Of a DNA stretch of 26,412 nucleotides, positions 23,553-26,412 are shown piece after piece (the stretch's first letter is position 1; the number at the start of each line of letters is the position of its first letter). The translations under genes and the position numbers were made by a program. The stretch is from a virus. Its lineage: Duplodnaviria > Heunggongvirae > Uroviricota > Caudoviricetes. The notes under the pieces were generated by a model. That model searched no databases, had not been told where the DNA came from, and saw only the letters and a list, made by a program, of their open reading frames with translations. The stretch is from the IMG/VR virus record IMGVR_UViG_2529292890_000002, positions 1 to 26,412 of that record; one strand, written 5' to 3'.

Positions 23553-26412
23553 TTAGACGTGATCGGTCAGTTGGGAACGCTTGCGCCGGTCGGCCTGCTG
23601 CTTCGCTAACGCAAGTTCTTCGCGCACGCGCCTGATAATAGTTTCTTCATCCAGTTTCTGGCCGCTAAAGTCGAAGTTAAGGTTATATACATCGCCGCCC
23701 GGCGCAGGCATGAGCGCAGCGACGGAAGCCGCAGACGGCGACGCCGAAACGGGCACCCGTGCGGCGGGCTTCTCAACCTGCCACGGCGTAACGGAAGCGA
23801 TCAGCGATCCGGCCTGCTGCGTCACCCAATCGGTAAGGGATGGTAGCTGGCGCTGCGCCTGCTTAAGCGGTTCCGAATATCCGCCACGGATCGGGATATA
23901 GGGTTGCTTATTCTTGAAGACGATTTCGCCGGGCCCGTCTTTCTTCTCCGTGGTATTGGTGGCGATCTTGTCCAGGCTACTGCTCATCTTCGGCACGATG
24001 TTGGCCGGGCCTTTGAGCGAGTTAATCAGGTTGTCCTGTTTTTTCTGCTTATCGGTTTTCTTTTTCTCTTCGGCTTTTTTACTTTCCTTCGCGACTGCCT
24101 GCACGTCACCGGAAAAGGCGTTAACCCGGTCTGCCAGATTGTTGACCGCTTCCGGCGTCATTTGCTGCGCAACCTGCTGCGCTGCTTTCGCTGCGTCGGG
24201 AATGGCGCCCAGCTTTTCCAGAATCCAGCCCAGCCCTTTGGCTACGGCCTGAATAGGTAGCGTCAGCGCGCTGATTGCGGCACCTACAACCTTGCCGAAC
24301 GTTTCCCCGGCACTTGTGCAGGATGCCAGCGCTTCATTGGAAAACTGGATCGGTTCCAGCAGTTTGGTAAACCACTCCCAGACGCCGCTGATCGCGTTGC
24401 CGATACTGTCAAAAATCGGGGCCAGCGGTGCAAATACGGCGTTAAATGCCTGCGTGATAGGTTGAAGGCCAGCCATCAGCCCGGTAAAGAACCCGCTGAA
24501 AAATGCCTTAATCGGTTGCCAGAATTTAATGACGGCCACTGCTGCCGCAGCAAAGAGCGCAATCAGCCCCCAGACGGGCGCAGAAATGCCAGCCAGTAGA
24601 GTGATAAGCGGGCCGAATACCATGCGACCGGCGCTTAACAATGCCTGCATAGGCGAGCCAGCAAGCCACTGAAACGCACCACCCAGGCGCATTACTCCAC
24701 CAGTCAGCCGCGCTATTCCTCCTTCACCGGCCAACGTGGTGAAACTGAGGCGAACAAGTGCCATCGGGCCGAGAACTGCGCCGATGGACAGCATCAGGCC
24801 ACCCACGACAACCAGCAACGCGCCTATGGCTGCGGTGACTTTCATGATTGAGCCAACCAGAGCAGGGTTAGCCTCAACCCAGCGGCGGACGCTGCCAACC
24901 ACCTTACTGACGGTAAGCATGATATCCATCAGTGGTTCGCGGAGCGTTTCCCCTGCTGAACTGAATGCGTTAACCGCGCCGGTTTTGGTCAATTGCCACT
25001 GAGCAGAAAGGGAAGCTTTGTTGATATCAGATTCCCGATTCATGGAACCTTTAGCGGCTGCGCCCTGCGTCAGTTCTATCTGGCGGCGTAGTTCGGGCAG
25101 GTTGTTGGCAAGTTTCTGCGCGTCGTCGCCGAACTCTTTGCCGAAAATCTGGGTAAGGTTGGCTACCTGCTGATCCGGGGCCAGTTTTTTGGACGCTTCC
25201 AGCACTGAAATAATTGTGCCCATCGCGTCCACTGACATGCTCTTCTGAACTTTTTCGGCGCTGAGGCCGAGGGCGTCCAGACCCTGCATAAAGTTTTTGC
25301 CCTGAACCGTAGCGATTGAGAGTTCGCGCACCATTGCATTGGTGGCGCTGGCGGCAACTTCGGCAGGGGTGCCGAGCGTCAGAAAGGTGGAACCCAGCGC
25401 GGCGGCTTGCTTGTAATCCAGTTGGCTGGCAAGCCCCCCAACGCGCTGGAGTACGTCGATAATATCGGAGCCTTTAGACTTCGCGTTATCGTCCAGGTAG
25501 TTAATGGCGTCTCCCAACTGCTCAATATTCTGCGTGGGGATCTTGTACAGCCCGGCGATTTTACCGAGGCTTTCAGAAAGCTGATCGGCGGGAAGTTCGA
25601 AGGCAACAGAAGCCTTTGCCGCCATACTGGCGAAGGACAGCAGATCGGCTTTTTGCTTTTGCCACGGATCATCGCTGTTTGCTACGCCCATGCGCGCACC
25701 GCCTTCGACCAGGGCGGCATAGTCAACAGCGCCGTTAGCCATTGGTAGCTTTTCGCTGGCATCCATGATCGCCCGCTGCATTTCTTCATACTGCGGGGTT
25801 CGGTTGCCGCTGTCGTCACGCAAGCCGTTTACCTGTTTGGCTACGCCTTTCATGGCGTCTTCAAGGCTGCTGTAGGATTTAACCGCAGCGGCGACAGGTG
25901 CGAGGGTTGCCGCCCCTACTGCGGCGGTTTTCAACCCCCCGCTCATCATCTTTTCGCCGGTTTCTTTGGCGCGGCTGTAACGGGCCTGCGCCTGGTTAAC
26001 AGCGTCAAGCCGTCGTTGCTGTTCGGCAAGCTGGCGGTTGTATTGCGCGGTGCGCTGGTTGATCTGTTCCGTCGCCCGGCTGGCGCTGCTGATCGCAATG
26101 CCTTCGCTGTAGAAACTGGCGCGCAACTGGTTAAGTTGCGTCTGCTCGCCTTTCTGCTGCTGGGTTAACTGGCGAATGGCTGCACGTTGCTGATTGAGGG
26201 CGGCAACCTGTTCGGCGCTGCGCTGGCGTAACGGGCCATAAGCCGCCGCCATTTGCCGGGCCTGTTCTTTCGCCTGGGCCAGTTGTTCGGTGGTTTTTTT
26301 ATTGGCTGCGGTGAGGCGGTCGAAGCTGGTTGCCTGACGCTCAAGCCCTTTAATGCTGGTTTTGGTCTGATTGATTTGAGACGCCAACGCGGCGGCACTC
26401 TGGCGCGCCGCG
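23553..26412 (-). CDS. T: Tail tape-measure protein (gpT-like), 5'-truncated by the window edge
   Basis: At least 952 codons with no stop to the window end (the track's TTG at 26387 is not the true start); Ala/Gln-rich N-terminal region, long hydrophobic Gly/Ala/Leu-rich central segment, typical of tape-measure proteins. Confidence 0.85.
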   Translation of the reverse strand, partial: AARQSAAALASQINQTKTSIKGLERQATSFDRLTAANKKTTEQLAQAKEQARQMAAAYGPLRQRSAEQVAALNQQRAAIRQLTQQQKGEQTQLNQLRASFYSEGIAISSASRATEQINQRTAQYNRQLAEQQRRLDAVNQAQARYSRAKETGEKMMSGGLKTAAVGAATLAPVAAAVKSYSSLEDAMKGVAKQVNGLRDDSGNRTPQYEEMQRAIMDASEKLPMANGAVDYAALVEGGARMGVANSDDPWQKQKADLLSFASMAAKASVAFELPADQLSESLGKIAGLYKIPTQNIEQLGDAINYLDDNAKSKGSDIIDVLQRVGGLASQLDYKQAAALGSTFLTLGTPAEVAASATNAMVRELSIATVQGKNFMQGLDALGLSAEKVQKSMSVDAMGTIISVLEASKKLAPDQQVANLTQIFGKEFGDDAQKLANNLPELRRQIELTQGAAAKGSMNRESDINKASLSAQWQLTKTGAVNAFSSAGETLREPLMDIMLTVSKVVGSVRRWVEANPALVGSIMKVTAAIGALLVVVGGLMLSIGAVLGPMALVRLSFTTLAGEGGIARLTGGVMRLGGAFQWLAGSPMQALLSAGRMVFGPLITLLAGISAPVWGLIALFAAAAVAVIKFWQPIKAFFSGFFTGLMAGLQPITQAFNAVFAPLAPIFDSIGNAISGVWEWFTKLLEPIQFSNEALASCTSAGETFGKVVGAAISALTLPIQAVAKGLGWILEKLGAIPDAAKAAQQVAQQMTPEAVNNLADRVNAFSGDVQAVAKESKKAEEKKKTDKQKKQDNLINSLKGPANIVPKMSSSLDKIATNTTEKKDGPGEIVFKNKQPYIPIRGGYSEPLKQAQRQLPSLTDWVTQQAGSLIASVTPWQVEKPAARVPVSASPSAASVAALMPAPGGDVYNLNFDFSGQKLDEETIIRRVREELALAKQQADRRKRSQLTDHV

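Larger units (their letters stand above)
1..26412. mobile_element. P2-like temperate myovirus prophage segment (window entirely internal; integrase end to partial tape-measure gene)
   Basis: Gene order int-C-cox...A...cos-like site, then Q/P divergent from O-N-M-L-X, lysis genes, R-S-V-W-J-I-H-G, U and T; tight gene packing with overlapping stop/start codons (TAATG, ATGA). Confidence 0.85.

Noticed and set aside
23581-25748. Plus-strand ORFs inside the tape-measure gene (23581..23901, 23904..24260, 23914..24252, 24736..25002, 25407..25748) and minus-strand 25163..25357, 25379..25672
   Set aside because: Embedded in or antisense to a continuous open frame of more than 950 codons with tape-measure character; no independent support.
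1-26412. CRISPR arrays, tRNA/rRNA genes, insertion sequences or transposases
   Set aside because: No regularly spaced repeat-spacer array, no tRNA-like structure recognised by eye near the int end, and no transposase-like ORF; the only repeats found are the short regulatory-type repeats and the ~70-bp pair reported above. A tRNA at the att site could still lie just outside the window.

Overview
The window lies entirely inside a P2-like (Peduovirus-type) temperate myovirus prophage, read from the integrase end into a 5'-truncated tail tape-measure gene. All calls come from reading the sequence and the ORF track, with homologies recognised from memory of P2/186-family proteins; no database search was run, and coordinates may be off by 1 where the printed sequence is imperfect (one dropped base seen near 23521). 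Layout: int and C repressor (minus), then cox, small early ORFs, a TerB-like gene with a coupled membrane ORF, a Dam methyltransferase and replication initiator A (plus); an AT-rich two-gene cargo operon 7196-8836; a cos-like site near 9003; portal Q and terminase P (minus); then O-N-M-L-X, a lysis cassette, and R-S-V-W-J-I-H-G (plus); finally U and T on the minus strand, converging on G. The strongest candidate for an undescribed system is the cargo pair at 7196-8836, a protein with an ImmA/IrrE-type HEXXH metallopeptidase motif followed by a GTG-initiated partner of unknown (possibly PIN-like) fold, sitting where P2 carries its exclusion genes tin and old. Other points worth a second look are the inverted orientation of the U/T tail module, a ~70 bp direct repeat at 16896-16970 and 22981-23055, the TerB-like pair in the early region, and several repeat sets in the immunity and cos regions.
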